Below, one piece after another: positions 55,423 through 64,000 of a DNA stretch of 64,000 nucleotides. The first letter of the stretch is position 1. Each line of letters opens with the position of its first letter. This stretch comes from a virus, in IMG/VR virus record IMGVR_UViG_3300026557_000002, positions 1 to 64,000 of that record; one strand, 5' to 3'. The notes under the pieces were generated by a model, which saw nothing but the letters and a program-made list of their open reading frames with translations, made no database searches and was not told where the DNA came from. Both the position numbers and the translations under genes were made by a program.

Positions 55423-55740
55423 TTATCCGTTGCTGATTTCCGCCGCTATGCCAATTGAGATTTTCTCAAAATCTTGCCAAGAACCGTCACTAACAAACAT
55501 AAGAATAGGCTGTAGTGGTTCGCCAAACGTTAGTAGTTGGAGATAAATATCCGCCCCCTTCGCTATCGCTTCCCGCTGTTCCGGGGTAGGCTCCCAATGG
55601 CTTAATACACGGCGATCTTTGTCGTTTCCTACCAGCGTTCGCAAGGCGATGTACTGCGGTTGATCTTTTGCGTAGACAATCTCTTTATGCTCAAGCCCGT
55701 CAATTACTGGGCCGTCTTTAGGTTTTAGATATGAAATCAT
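55423..55740 (-). CDS. Hypothetical phage protein
   Basis: RBS AGGAG; AKDQPQY..L and W.P..E.R..I..G motifs. Confidence 0.7.
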   Translation of the reverse strand: MISYLKPKDGPVIDGLEHKEIVYAKDQPQYIALRTLVGNDKDRRVLSHWEPTPEQREAIAKGADIYLQLLTFGEPLQPILMFVSDGSWQDFEKISIGIAAEISNG

Positions 55741-55937
55741 GTTTGTATCTCCTAAAAGAACAAAAGTCCCGCCAGAACCAGAATCCCGATCTCCAAAACA
55801 ACTCTTAAAACTATCCTCATGTGTCCTCAGGACGAGGTCGGCCTCTTGCTACCTTGAAGCCGACCTCCGCGGTTGTGGTCGCTATCCTTCGGGGCACTTT
55901 CGGTTTCCCTATCCTCCCCGATCGAGCCTTGACTGTA

Positions 55938-56138
55938 TCAGTTATTCGGCGGGTTGTCAAGATAATTCTTCATGGCCTGTACAGATGGTTCTGGTAACGG
56001 GATATACGGACGGTTATACTCGTTGATCCAACTAACGATGTGCGCGGAGTGCTCCAACGCCTCGATATAATGCTCCGTGCATTTCCGTACCCCGCGGATT
56101 TCATAGCGGGCTGTTTGGGCACAATCTGCGCAGATCAT
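55938..56138 (-). CDS. Small Zn-finger-like protein
   Basis: CxxC...C..H; ATGA coupling. Confidence 0.55.
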   Translation of the reverse strand: MICADCAQTARYEIRGVRKCTEHYIEALEHSAHIVSWINEYNRPYIPLPEPSVQAMKNYLDNPPNN

Positions 56139-57010
56139 TGTGCGCCCGACGTGAAGGACTTGACCGCTCCAGTTGCTTTGAACAAGACAATCGAGAAATT
56201 GGCTTGACTAACCTTTGGCATCAAGGTCAGAACTAATCCGCCATCGTAGAAGGTTTGCCCGACTTGACTCCCCATCGCAACCAACGTGACTTGGTACGTC
56301 TCCGTACTAGCCAGGGTAAAAACTCCTATCGCGGCACCAGTCACAGAATCGGGAGTCAGATTTAGTTGACCGATTGTATTTTTAGGATCGGTAATATCGT
56401 TGACATTCACAGTCAAAATCGTAGGAATTGAGCCATCGTCGTATGTTGCTGAAATCGAGACGGTCACGATGTTCTGAAGCGGTGGTGGAGGAGGAACATT
56501 AGGAGTAGCGGTCAAGGTTACGTTGTCGAAAATTGCCTGGCCGTTAGTGGATGCTAAGGAGATGATAAGTTCACCTGTTGGCGTAGGGCACGGCAAAGTA
56601 ATGGGTACAAGCGATCCTGACTGGGCATAACTTGCAGTTCCACTAACAGAGCATCCCGCATACGACACAGTATACGCGCCGCCATAACCAGATTGGCTGC
56701 CTACCGATACTGTGAGAGAATAATTTTTAGTGGGATCTGCTGGCCCAGAATCTTGCGTACAAAATGCCCCGCCGTTAATCCAGACCACGGTATTGCCCTT
56801 GATCCCGCTGCTGAGTTGCGCAGGCGTCGGATTTTGCATCCCATGACCGCCGCCGACGTTAGGACAAGTCCATCCTGTGGGTGTTCCGTAATTGTAGTTT
56901 CCGGTTGGTGGATTTGCTTCGAACGACGGATTGATAATCGGAACCTGTTGTCCATATCCAAGTGGAACCAATATTGATAACGCGAGTAGAAGAAACAGAG
57001 CCTTTTTCAT
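56135..57010 (-). CDS. Secreted protein with a carbohydrate-binding-like (jelly-roll) domain
   Basis: Signal peptide; INPSFE...PTGW...FDNV.L motif; Pro linker. Confidence 0.7.
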   Translation of the reverse strand: MKKALFLLLALSILVPLGYGQQVPIINPSFEANPPTGNYNYGTPTGWTCPNVGGGHGMQNPTPAQLSSGIKGNTVVWINGGAFCTQDSGPADPTKNYSLTVSVGSQSGYGGAYTVSYAGCSVSGTASYAQSGSLVPITLPCPTPTGELIISLASTNGQAIFDNVTLTATPNVPPPPPLQNIVTVSISATYDDGSIPTILTVNVNDITDPKNTIGQLNLTPDSVTGAAIGVFTLASTETYQVTLVAMGSQVGQTFYDGGLVLTLMPKVSQANFSIVLFKATGAVKSFTSGAQ

Positions 57011-57134
57011 ATATCCCCCGATATATTGTACCCCGGGACTTGGTCTTCTTGCATGGGGTGCAGCCGCCGCCCGAGGCTAGATTTAACTCCGAGACCAATA
57101 TGCTCTCGGGAAGAAACCTTGTCAAGCCTTATTT

Positions 57135-57659
57135 TCACTTTTTATCTAGTACTTTTTCGCACCAAAGGCATACGGGGAAGGGCTCGGTCAGCATGTACTC
57201 TTCATAAACAAAAGTCTGGCAGACATAGCATTTGAGGTCAGGCGGGATTGATTTTGGATACGGAGAAACATACGGGGGTTCTGGCGGCAAATCTTTCGGC
57301 CCAATCCAGCAATGCTCTCCGCAATCATGATCTGGAGCATCCGGAGTTTTATCTGGAGTCTTCTTCGCCTCCGCCTGAGCCTTCTTCATCAACTTCTTGA
57401 CTTCGTCGTTCTTGGCCTTAATATCGGCTAGCCGCTGGTAGACTAGATAAGCTGCGTCCGTTATAGTCAGGCCCGATGCGGGTTTGTTTTTGCGGATTCG
57501 TTCGAGTGCCGGGAGTCCGGGAGGAGGCGCGTACCAGGTCCAGTCAGGCGGGCCGGATGTCATGAACTTGGCGGCTTTACAGGCGTCGAGATCGCCCTGG
57601 AAGTCCTGGCTAAACTGAGCCACGAAGAGATGACTGACGGGATTGTAGTCAATCAACAT
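57135..57659 (-). CDS. Hypothetical protein with C-terminal CxxC pairs
   Basis: ATG at 57659 overlapping the upstream stop. Confidence 0.6.
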   Translation of the reverse strand: MLIDYNPVSHLFVAQFSQDFQGDLDACKAAKFMTSGPPDWTWYAPPPGLPALERIRKNKPASGLTITDAAYLVYQRLADIKAKNDEVKKLMKKAQAEAKKTPDKTPDAPDHDCGEHCWIGPKDLPPEPPYVSPYPKSIPPDLKCYVCQTFVYEEYMLTEPFPVCLWCEKVLDKK

Positions 57660-58246
57660 CAGATCGGAGGTTCTCCGCCGTTGCTTTCGCCGGCGGCCGC
57701 GACCATCCACTTAATGTTGTGCTGCTTGATCCTGCCCGCTATGATATGCGGCCTCAAGGCGTCTCCGACCATCCGGTCCTCGAACTGATATCCCGAAACG
57801 TCAAAGTCCGCGACTATCTGCATCGCTTTCCTGGATAAAAAATATCCGAAGCCTGAACAGTGAACTGGCGGATAGTGGTCGCGAGGAAAACAAGAGCCTG
57901 CGTAATCGTACTTCGTGTAATCAAATGCTCGGAAGCGTTTCTCATCGGGGACGGTGTCGCAATCTATTTTAAACAGATATGAGTAATTATGTTCTAATGC
58001 CCAAAAGCAAATTGCTTGAACTTTTAAAGGTAGATCAAAATATTCGTCTGGCGTATCAAGACAAATCCTATCATTAAATGTGTGAACAACTTTGTGTGAG
58101 TAAGCCGCTTTCGTGCGGCTATGCGTGTAGCCTGTAAAAAATCGCGTATCCGCGACATCCGAAAAAGGCACCCACTTAATTCGGATACTATCGTGAAGAC
58201 CTTGATCCCTGCGACAACTGGCGACGGCGATGAGGAGTTTTGTCAT
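57659..58246 (-). CDS. Glycosyltransferase (GT31-like), paralog of 5547..6176
   Basis: LIAVASC.RD, D.Y..LP.K, FKIDCDT, SG.GYFLSRKAM and EDRMVG motifs. Confidence 0.82.
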   Translation of the reverse strand: MTKLLIAVASCRRDQGLHDSIRIKWVPFSDVADTRFFTGYTHSRTKAAYSHKVVHTFNDRICLDTPDEYFDLPLKVQAICFWALEHNYSYLFKIDCDTVPDEKRFRAFDYTKYDYAGSCFPRDHYPPVHCSGFGYFLSRKAMQIVADFDVSGYQFEDRMVGDALRPHIIAGRIKQHNIKWMVAAAGESNGGEPPI

Positions 58247-58630
58247 GCTTTTCGGTCAGGGAACTCGAAACCGCTATCATATCGAAAATTAGAAAATGTT
58301 GTTCCGAGAAATATGATGCCGCAACGCGAACATCATAAGTTTACCAGCATTTTCGGGAAGCCCTAGTTAATTTATTTCTCTCTTTTTCGTATAATTTTTG
58401 GCGCAGTCTATGAGCTACCGATCCAATTTGACAATTGTTTTCTCGGACTGCCAAAAGAAATTCTTTAGCCTCTTTTGCGTACCCGTTTATAGCTGCTATA
58501 AAATAAGCCCCAAGTCATCGGTGCACCATCTCTAAAATCTTGTAAAGCACAATCGCGGACGCCAATCCGCTCAGGAGTGCGCAAGCCGTCCGGACTAGAG
58601 ACATCGCGAACAAAATCTTTTCTCGCCGAG

Positions 58631-58813
58631 TCACGATTTCGGCTCTAAGGATATCGTTTGAACCGCTTTTTTCTCGGCTTGTTTTCTCTTCGCTTGCCGC
58701 CATTCGGCCCTCTCTTCAAAACGATGCTTGTTCATTGCCCATACAGACCACTCAAAGTACATGACGAAGAAACCCTGTATCGTAATCAAAACTAGCAGGA
58801 TGGTATCTACCAT
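58631..58813 (-). CDS. Holin-like membrane protein
   Basis: N-terminal TM segment, basic tail, directly downstream of the endolysin. Confidence 0.5.
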   Translation of the reverse strand: MVDTILLVLITIQGFFVMYFEWSVWAMNKHRFEERAEWRQAKRKQAEKKAVQTISLEPKS

Positions 58814-58818
58814 AGGTC

Positions 58819-59286
58819 CTAAGAGTTGATGCGGTTAAGCCAGCCTTGAATAAAAATTCTCTCTTGTGGCTTAGCGGTTACTACATTGAAAGCATGGGTT
58901 GCCAAGTTGCCTTTGAAACTCTTGAGCAAAGTCATTTCCTCAGCCTGGTTGACGGCCGTCAGCGTCCCAGATCCGAACATTCCGTCTTGCACAACACCCA
59001 AAGTAAGTTGGAGGATTGTGATTGCGGTTCCGACTCCAAAAAGCACCCCAAGATCGAAAAGTTTTTCAGCTACTGCTTGGCTCTCGATTTGGGAATAGAG
59101 ATTTTTCCAATATCCCTCTTTATAAATTTCGATGGCTTGGGCCTGAGTCAAGTTCTTAATATCTAGGTTCGGGTATTCTCTTTTGGAGATTCCGAAATTC
59201 GTTTCTCCTCCGGGGTCCGAAGACGAGTTTGTATATCCGCCTTCATGAACTAGAGTTTTGGATATCGCTATCGTGCTATCAGACAT
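58819..59286 (-). CDS. Endolysin, glycosyl hydrolase family 108
   Basis: HEGGY.N...DPGGETNFGIS; DG..G..T peptidoglycan-binding motif; GWLNR; RBS GAGGAG. Confidence 0.9.
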   Translation of the reverse strand: MSDSTIAISKTLVHEGGYTNSSSDPGGETNFGISKREYPNLDIKNLTQAQAIEIYKEGYWKNLYSQIESQAVAEKLFDLGVLFGVGTAITILQLTLGVVQDGMFGSGTLTAVNQAEEMTLLKSFKGNLATHAFNVVTAKPQERIFIQGWLNRINS

Positions 59287-59497
59287 TAGAAATCTCCTCA
59301 CTAGTCCACCGACGCCATCTTTGTTTGCAAAACGGGCACATCCACTCGCTCGTGCCATCGTATTCGGCGGTCTCGATGCCAATCAAATGGCTGAAAAACT
59401 CGCCTGCGAACAAATGCTTGTCTTTTTCAGGGATCTCGCCAGCGACCCAACTCTTATGACACTTAGGGCACTCTCGAGCCTGACTTGAAAATTTCAT
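59279..59497 (-). CDS. Small Zn-ribbon protein
   Basis: CPKC...YDG...W.CP.C. Confidence 0.7.
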   Translation of the reverse strand: MKFSSQARECPKCHKSWVAGEIPEKDKHLFAGEFFSHLIGIETAEYDGTSEWMCPFCKQRWRRWTSEEISNV

Positions 59498-60450
59498 CTC
59501 TTCTCTCCGTAAAATTCGGCGTTTACCATCAGATTCACTAGACCTCTAAATTTAGTCTTGGCTTCCCAGCCAAGATTTTTCTTGGCTTTCGATGGATCCC
59601 CTAAAAGAAGATCTACCTCGGCGGGTCGAAAGTTCCCTGAATCTATCACGACGTATTTAGTCCAGTCAAGTCCCAAATAATTGAACGCCTCGCACAAAAA
59701 CTCTCGTACCGAATGCGTCTCTCCTGTCGCCAATACGTAGTCATCCGGTTTGGACTGTTGTAGCATTCTCCACATTCCTTCCACGTACTCGGGAGCATAA
59801 CCCCAGTCCCGTTGGGCATCAAGATTTCCTAAAGAGAGAGTTTTTTGTTCGCCTTTAAGAATCTGAACTGCGGCCTTAACGATTTTCTTAGTTACGAAAT
59901 TCTCTCCTCGACGAAAACTTTCGTGATTCATCAAAATTCCATTACAGGCGAATATCCCGTATGTCTCTCGATAGTTCAAGACCGTTTGATGTCCGAAATG
60001 TTTTGCTATAGCGTAAGGGCTTTGTGGATTAAACGGGGTGTTCTCGTTTTGTGGCGTTTCTTTAACCTTGCCGAACAACTCGCTTGTTCCGGCTTGATAA
60101 AATTTGCATTCTGGGACAACTTTACGGACTATTTCCAACAGGCGAAGAACTCCTAATCCGTCAATGTTGGCCGCATACTCAGGAGTATGAAAGCTGACTC
60201 CGACGTGCGACATAGCCGCAAGGTTGTAGATTTCGTCGGGTTCAACTTCTTTTATAACGTTGTGTAGGCTGCTTGTATCCGCTAGGTCCCCGTCATAAAT
60301 CTTGATTCGGTCTAAGATATGACTAATTCGTCCGAGGTTGGCACTGCTTGAACGACGAACCATGCCGTGAACCTCGTATCCTTTTTCTAGAAGAAGCTCA
60401 GATAAATACGATCCATCTTGGCCGCCGCAACCAGTCACGAGTGCTTTCAT
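59494..60450 (-). CDS. gmd: GDP-mannose 4,6-dehydratase
   Basis: [38 protein letters not shown] and RDWG motifs. Confidence 0.96.
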   Translation of the reverse strand: MKALVTGCGGQDGSYLSELLLEKGYEVHGMVRRSSSANLGRISHILDRIKIYDGDLADTSSLHNVIKEVEPDEIYNLAAMSHVGVSFHTPEYAANIDGLGVLRLLEIVRKVVPECKFYQAGTSELFGKVKETPQNENTPFNPQSPYAIAKHFGHQTVLNYRETYGIFACNGILMNHESFRRGENFVTKKIVKAAVQILKGEQKTLSLGNLDAQRDWGYAPEYVEGMWRMLQQSKPDDYVLATGETHSVREFLCEAFNYLGLDWTKYVVIDSGNFRPAEVDLLLGDPSKAKKNLGWEAKTKFRGLVNLMVNAEFYGEKR

Positions 60451-61667
60451 ACTACCTCCAATTTAGGCAAAGGAAAAACCAATCTTTGGCCCGCGTACTT
60501 CGGATTCTCTACAAAGAACTTCCTGAAGTGCCAAGGCAATACGATCAAGTAATCTGGCTTCATAGCAAGTGCCCTACTTTCAGGGATGATTGGTATCCCG
60601 CTTCCCGGCGTGTAAGATCCGAACTTATCTGGGTTCACCTCGCCTATATACGAGATATTCTTTTCTGTCAGGCCGCAGTACTGCAACAAAACGTTTCCTT
60701 TGGTGGAGGCACCGAGCGCAGCCACGCTACATCCTTGAGATCGAACTAATTTGATAAACTCAAGCAAGTCCTGCTTTGACTGAGCCGCCTGCAACCCGAA
60801 GTCGAAATAAGGCCGGATTGTATCTAAGCCTAGTTCTCGCTCTTTGTCAAGGACTTTCTGGACATCAGGTGACTCGGGTCCGGTCTTGGACATCGTGACC
60901 GAGATACTACCCCCGTTGACGTCGTTGAACTCGATGCATCGAATAATGAAGCCGACGCGGTCAGCCATGAACTTGATCTGTTTCAGGGCATAAAATTCTA
61001 GGTGTTCGTGACAGACTGTGTCGTAAGAATTTGTCTCTAACATGCTAGGCATGTAACTTTGCTCAAAGACCCAGATACCATCTTCGTGAAGGACTTCGTG
61101 TATTTCGGCCATGAAGCCTGTCGGATCTTCGAGATCATAAAACATAGAAAATGATGTGACGACTTTTGCCTTTTTTGAAAAGCATCTTCGAAGCAACGAG
61201 GCAGAAAAGAACTCGCAAATTAGCATGGTGTACTTAGAATAACAATCTTCAAACTTGACTCCAGCCGGATCAAATCCTATTAAAGTTAAATCTGAAGGAT
61301 AAGCACGTAGAGTAGTGCCGTCATTGCTGCCGATATCCACGACAAGGTCGCCCGCGTCTAGTTTGATCTGGGACAAGATTCTTCTAACCTTGTCTTGAAG
61401 GTGCCGAACCATACTAGGATTCAAACCGGAACGGTATCCGTAATTCTCGCCGTACATCTCACCTGAGTTGTAAGAGTGTGCTAGCTGGAGCAATCCGCAC
61501 ACATCCTGACCTTGGCATTTGACTAGACGCAGCGGACCTCGGGTTATCTTCCCATCCTTGATCTTGGGGAAGACGCCTGTCAGCATTTGCTCGCCCAAAT
61601 CCAAGACTTGGACAAGGTTAGCATTTCCGCATATCCGGCATCTGTCGATCTTCTTAAACTTTCCCAT
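60447..61667 (-). CDS. NDP-hexose C-methyltransferase
   Basis: CRICG Zn motif, DIGSNDG, HEHLE, GASTKGN and LPWHF motifs. Confidence 0.9.
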   Translation of the reverse strand: MGKFKKIDRCRICGNANLVQVLDLGEQMLTGVFPKIKDGKITRGPLRLVKCQGQDVCGLLQLAHSYNSGEMYGENYGYRSGLNPSMVRHLQDKVRRILSQIKLDAGDLVVDIGSNDGTTLRAYPSDLTLIGFDPAGVKFEDCYSKYTMLICEFFSASLLRRCFSKKAKVVTSFSMFYDLEDPTGFMAEIHEVLHEDGIWVFEQSYMPSMLETNSYDTVCHEHLEFYALKQIKFMADRVGFIIRCIEFNDVNGGSISVTMSKTGPESPDVQKVLDKERELGLDTIRPYFDFGLQAAQSKQDLLEFIKLVRSQGCSVAALGASTKGNVLLQYCGLTEKNISYIGEVNPDKFGSYTPGSGIPIIPESRALAMKPDYLIVLPWHFRKFFVENPKYAGQRLVFPLPKLEVV

Positions 61668-61887
61668 AAAGTTTGGAACTTCCTTGTCCATAAGACTTCT
61701 GACCTAGCTCTTCGTCGACGGCTTGGATCAAATCGTTTCTGTGCTGGTTCGCGGTATTCGTGACGCGAGTCGCGTCCGCTATCTGCTTGTCTGTAGCCTT
61801 CGGGTCTCGCTTCCTGTCTTCGGCCATCCAGATACGGATATTCGCAATCGTTAGGGCGTCTATTAAATTTCCGATACTGACTTTCAT
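61654..61887 (-). CDS. Small helical protein of sugar clusters
   Basis: IG.LID.L.I.NI.IW..ED...N..R..LI..D pattern. Confidence 0.7.
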   Translation of the reverse strand: MKVSIGNLIDALTIANIRIWMAEDRKRDPKATDKQIADATRVTNTANQHRNDLIQAVDEELGQKSYGQGSSKLYGKV

Positions 61888-62870
61888 AGTTTGTCCAACA
61901 TGTTGACTAACCGATTCTTGTATTCTTGCCTGTGATTTAGGCTCGGCGGGAAGCGCTTTTCGTGTTCTGGTGGGTTACTTCTGGGCGGATCGGCAACAAC
62001 GAGATCCATCGGGCCATTAGCGAGGCTATACGTACTCATGATAAAAGAACCACAGTACTGCAATTTAGGCGTCGGCTTGTTACCCCAACAACTCGTCACG
62101 ACCGAGATACCCGAAGAGATACCAATAAACAAATCGGAATAATTGTTCACGAGCGCAGTCTGCCGGACTGTAAATTGCGAGCAAGATACGACGCCTAGGT
62201 CATCATAAAACCTGGAATTATCACCGGCGCAACAAAAAATAAAATTAGTCGGGCCAAAGCGATTCCGGCAGATTGTCATGGTCTCGCGAGTCAACTCGTC
62301 GTCCCATTGAGACTTGCCAGAGGTGAAATCTGTCTCTAGCATGACGGTTTTGGGATGAGGTAGAGTAGAACAGAAATCCCTGACAGCCTCGCGTTCAGAG
62401 TCCAAAAAGCCTAGATACGGATGCCACTCCCAACTAGGATCGGCGCCGAATACCTTTCGAGAGATATTAGGATAATCGATACCGTGCCTCTGAGCCAAGG
62501 ACATCATCCACGGCGTCGGGAAATAACCTAATTCAAGGTCTTTCGTCATCTCAAATTGGTGCTTGAAATCCTGTCTGAGATGGTTGTTAGCGTCCATTAA
62601 AACGCTAAGATCCGCCCAAGGAAGGTCTCTGGATTCTCCTCGGGCTATCCTGGCGTTCTCCAAAACACAACGCTCCGGTAGTTTCCAACCCTCTGGCCAA
62701 GGCCTGATTTCAGCGATGGCATCGTTGTGCTTCAAGACTTCGGTATACCTTGAGCAAAACCAGATGACGTCCTTGTTGGGCCAAAGCCGGTCTTTGTACT
62801 TCAGGACGCTCATCGCGCTAGCGATGTCGCCATTCAATCCAGGAAGAAAAATCCCTACTTTGCCTCTCAT
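61884..62870 (-). CDS. Glycosyltransferase (GT9-like, GT-B fold)
   Basis: G..GDI....VLK, L.HN..I and DLFIGISSG motifs. Confidence 0.7.
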   Translation of the reverse strand: MRGKVGIFLPGLNGDIASAMSVLKYKDRLWPNKDVIWFCSRYTEVLKHNDAIAEIRPWPEGWKLPERCVLENARIARGESRDLPWADLSVLMDANNHLRQDFKHQFEMTKDLELGYFPTPWMMSLAQRHGIDYPNISRKVFGADPSWEWHPYLGFLDSEREAVRDFCSTLPHPKTVMLETDFTSGKSQWDDELTRETMTICRNRFGPTNFIFCCAGDNSRFYDDLGVVSCSQFTVRQTALVNNYSDLFIGISSGISVVTSCWGNKPTPKLQYCGSFIMSTYSLANGPMDLVVADPPRSNPPEHEKRFPPSLNHRQEYKNRLVNMLDKL

Positions 62871-63403
62871 CGTATCCACCAATCCTCGAATGGCTTACTG
62901 CCGACTTCTACATCATTTATTACACAAGACGGAGAAGGCACGTCAGAAACCGCAAGTTTGTAGCCTTGTGAAAGCATGAACTCCCGGATGGCATTCCGAT
63001 GCTCTAGCTTGATGCCCATGCTGTCGTGTTCGATCGTGGCACAACGAAATGAAACGCCAGCCGCGACCAAATTACGGAGCACATCTAGCTCTTCGCCGTA
63101 CAAATCCAAGGACAGGTAACCGATTTCAAGTGACAAACCACGCGATGTTAGCGCTTGGCGCCAATCGATGTTTAAAGCATTTGCACATATAGCCGGACAT
63201 TTTCGGTACTGATTCCAAGAAGATATAAACAAGTCTTCAAAATCAACCGCTAGGCCTTCCCAGCCGGCGAGTTCCAAGATAAAGGTGTTATTGTCGCTGA
63301 AGGGTTCCATGCACCCGATATCCAAGAATGTCTGGTTTCCGCCTGAGTTCTCGAGCGCGAACAAATCTTGACCAACTTGACTCCACGACTTTTTAGCGGC
63401 CAT
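62867..63403 (-). CDS. FkbM-like methyltransferase
   Basis: SQVGQD, FLDIG, NNT..LE..GW.G, YLSLD and TIEHD motifs. Confidence 0.85.
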   Translation of the reverse strand: MAAKKSWSQVGQDLFALENSGGNQTFLDIGCMEPFSDNNTFILELAGWEGLAVDFEDLFISSWNQYRKCPAICANALNIDWRQALTSRGLSLEIGYLSLDLYGEELDVLRNLVAAGVSFRCATIEHDSMGIKLEHRNAIREFMLSQGYKLAVSDVPSPSCVINDVEVGSKPFEDWWIR

Positions 63404-64000
63404 ACTGCTCCAGCTTTGCTATCACATCTTCCGGATAGCACGATTGACTTTTAACTTTTTCAATAGTCGCAGGATTGAAATATCCTAGGTCGAGATACCA
63501 ATCCTCGAATGGAGAATCCACAATATCAGGATGGCGAACAAAGATGTCCGCACACGCCAGAACGTATCCTTGGCTTAAAAAGAGTTCTCTTTGAGGCGCT
63601 CTGTACGTATCGCCATATTGATAGGCGTCATGCTCGATACCAATGACCCTAAACCGATAGTTGGCGTTAAGCACGAGCTTGGCAACATCCAAGTCCAGAA
63701 CATCCACGTCGAGAGATAGGAAGTCTATAGAATAAGGCATATGCGCTTTCGCGAACTCTTTGTTGTAATCGATTTTTGTCGCATCTTGGTTGAGATAAGT
63801 ACAATGCTTCCTATCCGCATAGCTGTCGTTATATCGGCTTTCTAATTCGACACAGATGCCTCTCCAGTCCAATTTCGAATCTAAGTAATGCGAGTTATTA
63901 TGAAACTTAGAATCCGCCGATCCGATGTCAACGTACGTGCCGACTACTTTAAAATGAAACAAACGGGCACAGAACTCGTCGAGCCTAGAGCCGCTATGGC
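63393..64000 (-). CDS. FkbM-like methyltransferase (5'-partial), paralog of the neighbour
   Basis: The frame is open to the window edge (HSGSRLDEFCARLF...); YVDIG, FLSLDVD, IEHD and PFEDWY motifs. Confidence 0.85.
   Translation of the reverse strand, partial: HSGSRLDEFCARLFHFKVVGTYVDIGSADSKFHNNSHYLDSKLDWRGICVELESRYNDSYADRKHCTYLNQDATKIDYNKEFAKAHMPYSIDFLSLDVDVLDLDVAKLVLNANYRFRVIGIEHDAYQYGDTYRAPQRELFLSQGYVLACADIFVRHPDIVDSPFEDWYLDLGYFNPATIEKVKSQSCYPEDVIAKLEQYGR

Noticed and set aside
1-64000. Alternative genetic code or suppressor tRNA
   Set aside because: Genes are full length under the standard code with all three stops in use, and no tRNA has a stop anticodon.

Overview
A ~64 kb segment of a tailed dsDNA bacteriophage, probably podovirus-like and possibly temperate, using the standard genetic code. 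The + strand from ~2.6 to 46.5 kb carries small accessory genes, methyl- and glycosyltransferases, about 13 tRNA genes and the virion module. That module includes TerL, portal, scaffold, major capsid, Ser/Thr-rich tail proteins and large ejection-type proteins; no tape measure or tail tube gene is recognisable. The - strand from 46.5 to 64 kb carries a tyrosine recombinase, AAA ATPase, C5 DNA methylase, MazG-like protein, GH108 endolysin and an NDP-sugar/glycosyltransferase/methyltransferase cluster. Five observations stand out. (1) The major capsid gene is split by three very compact ORF-less group I introns, giving a 340 aa spliced product that the ORF track misses. (2) Three unrelated free-standing endonuclease genes share one expression cassette: a sigma70 promoter plus a covarying kissing-loop double hairpin over the Shine-Dalgarno sequence. 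(3) A large phage-encoded glycan synthesis and methylation toolkit is present. (4) Several small proteins share a Y-x-[IL]-A-R-[QE]-A-R motif. (5) Pro, Thr and Asn tRNAs carry long variable arms. All calls come from manual reading of motifs; no database searches or folding programs were run.
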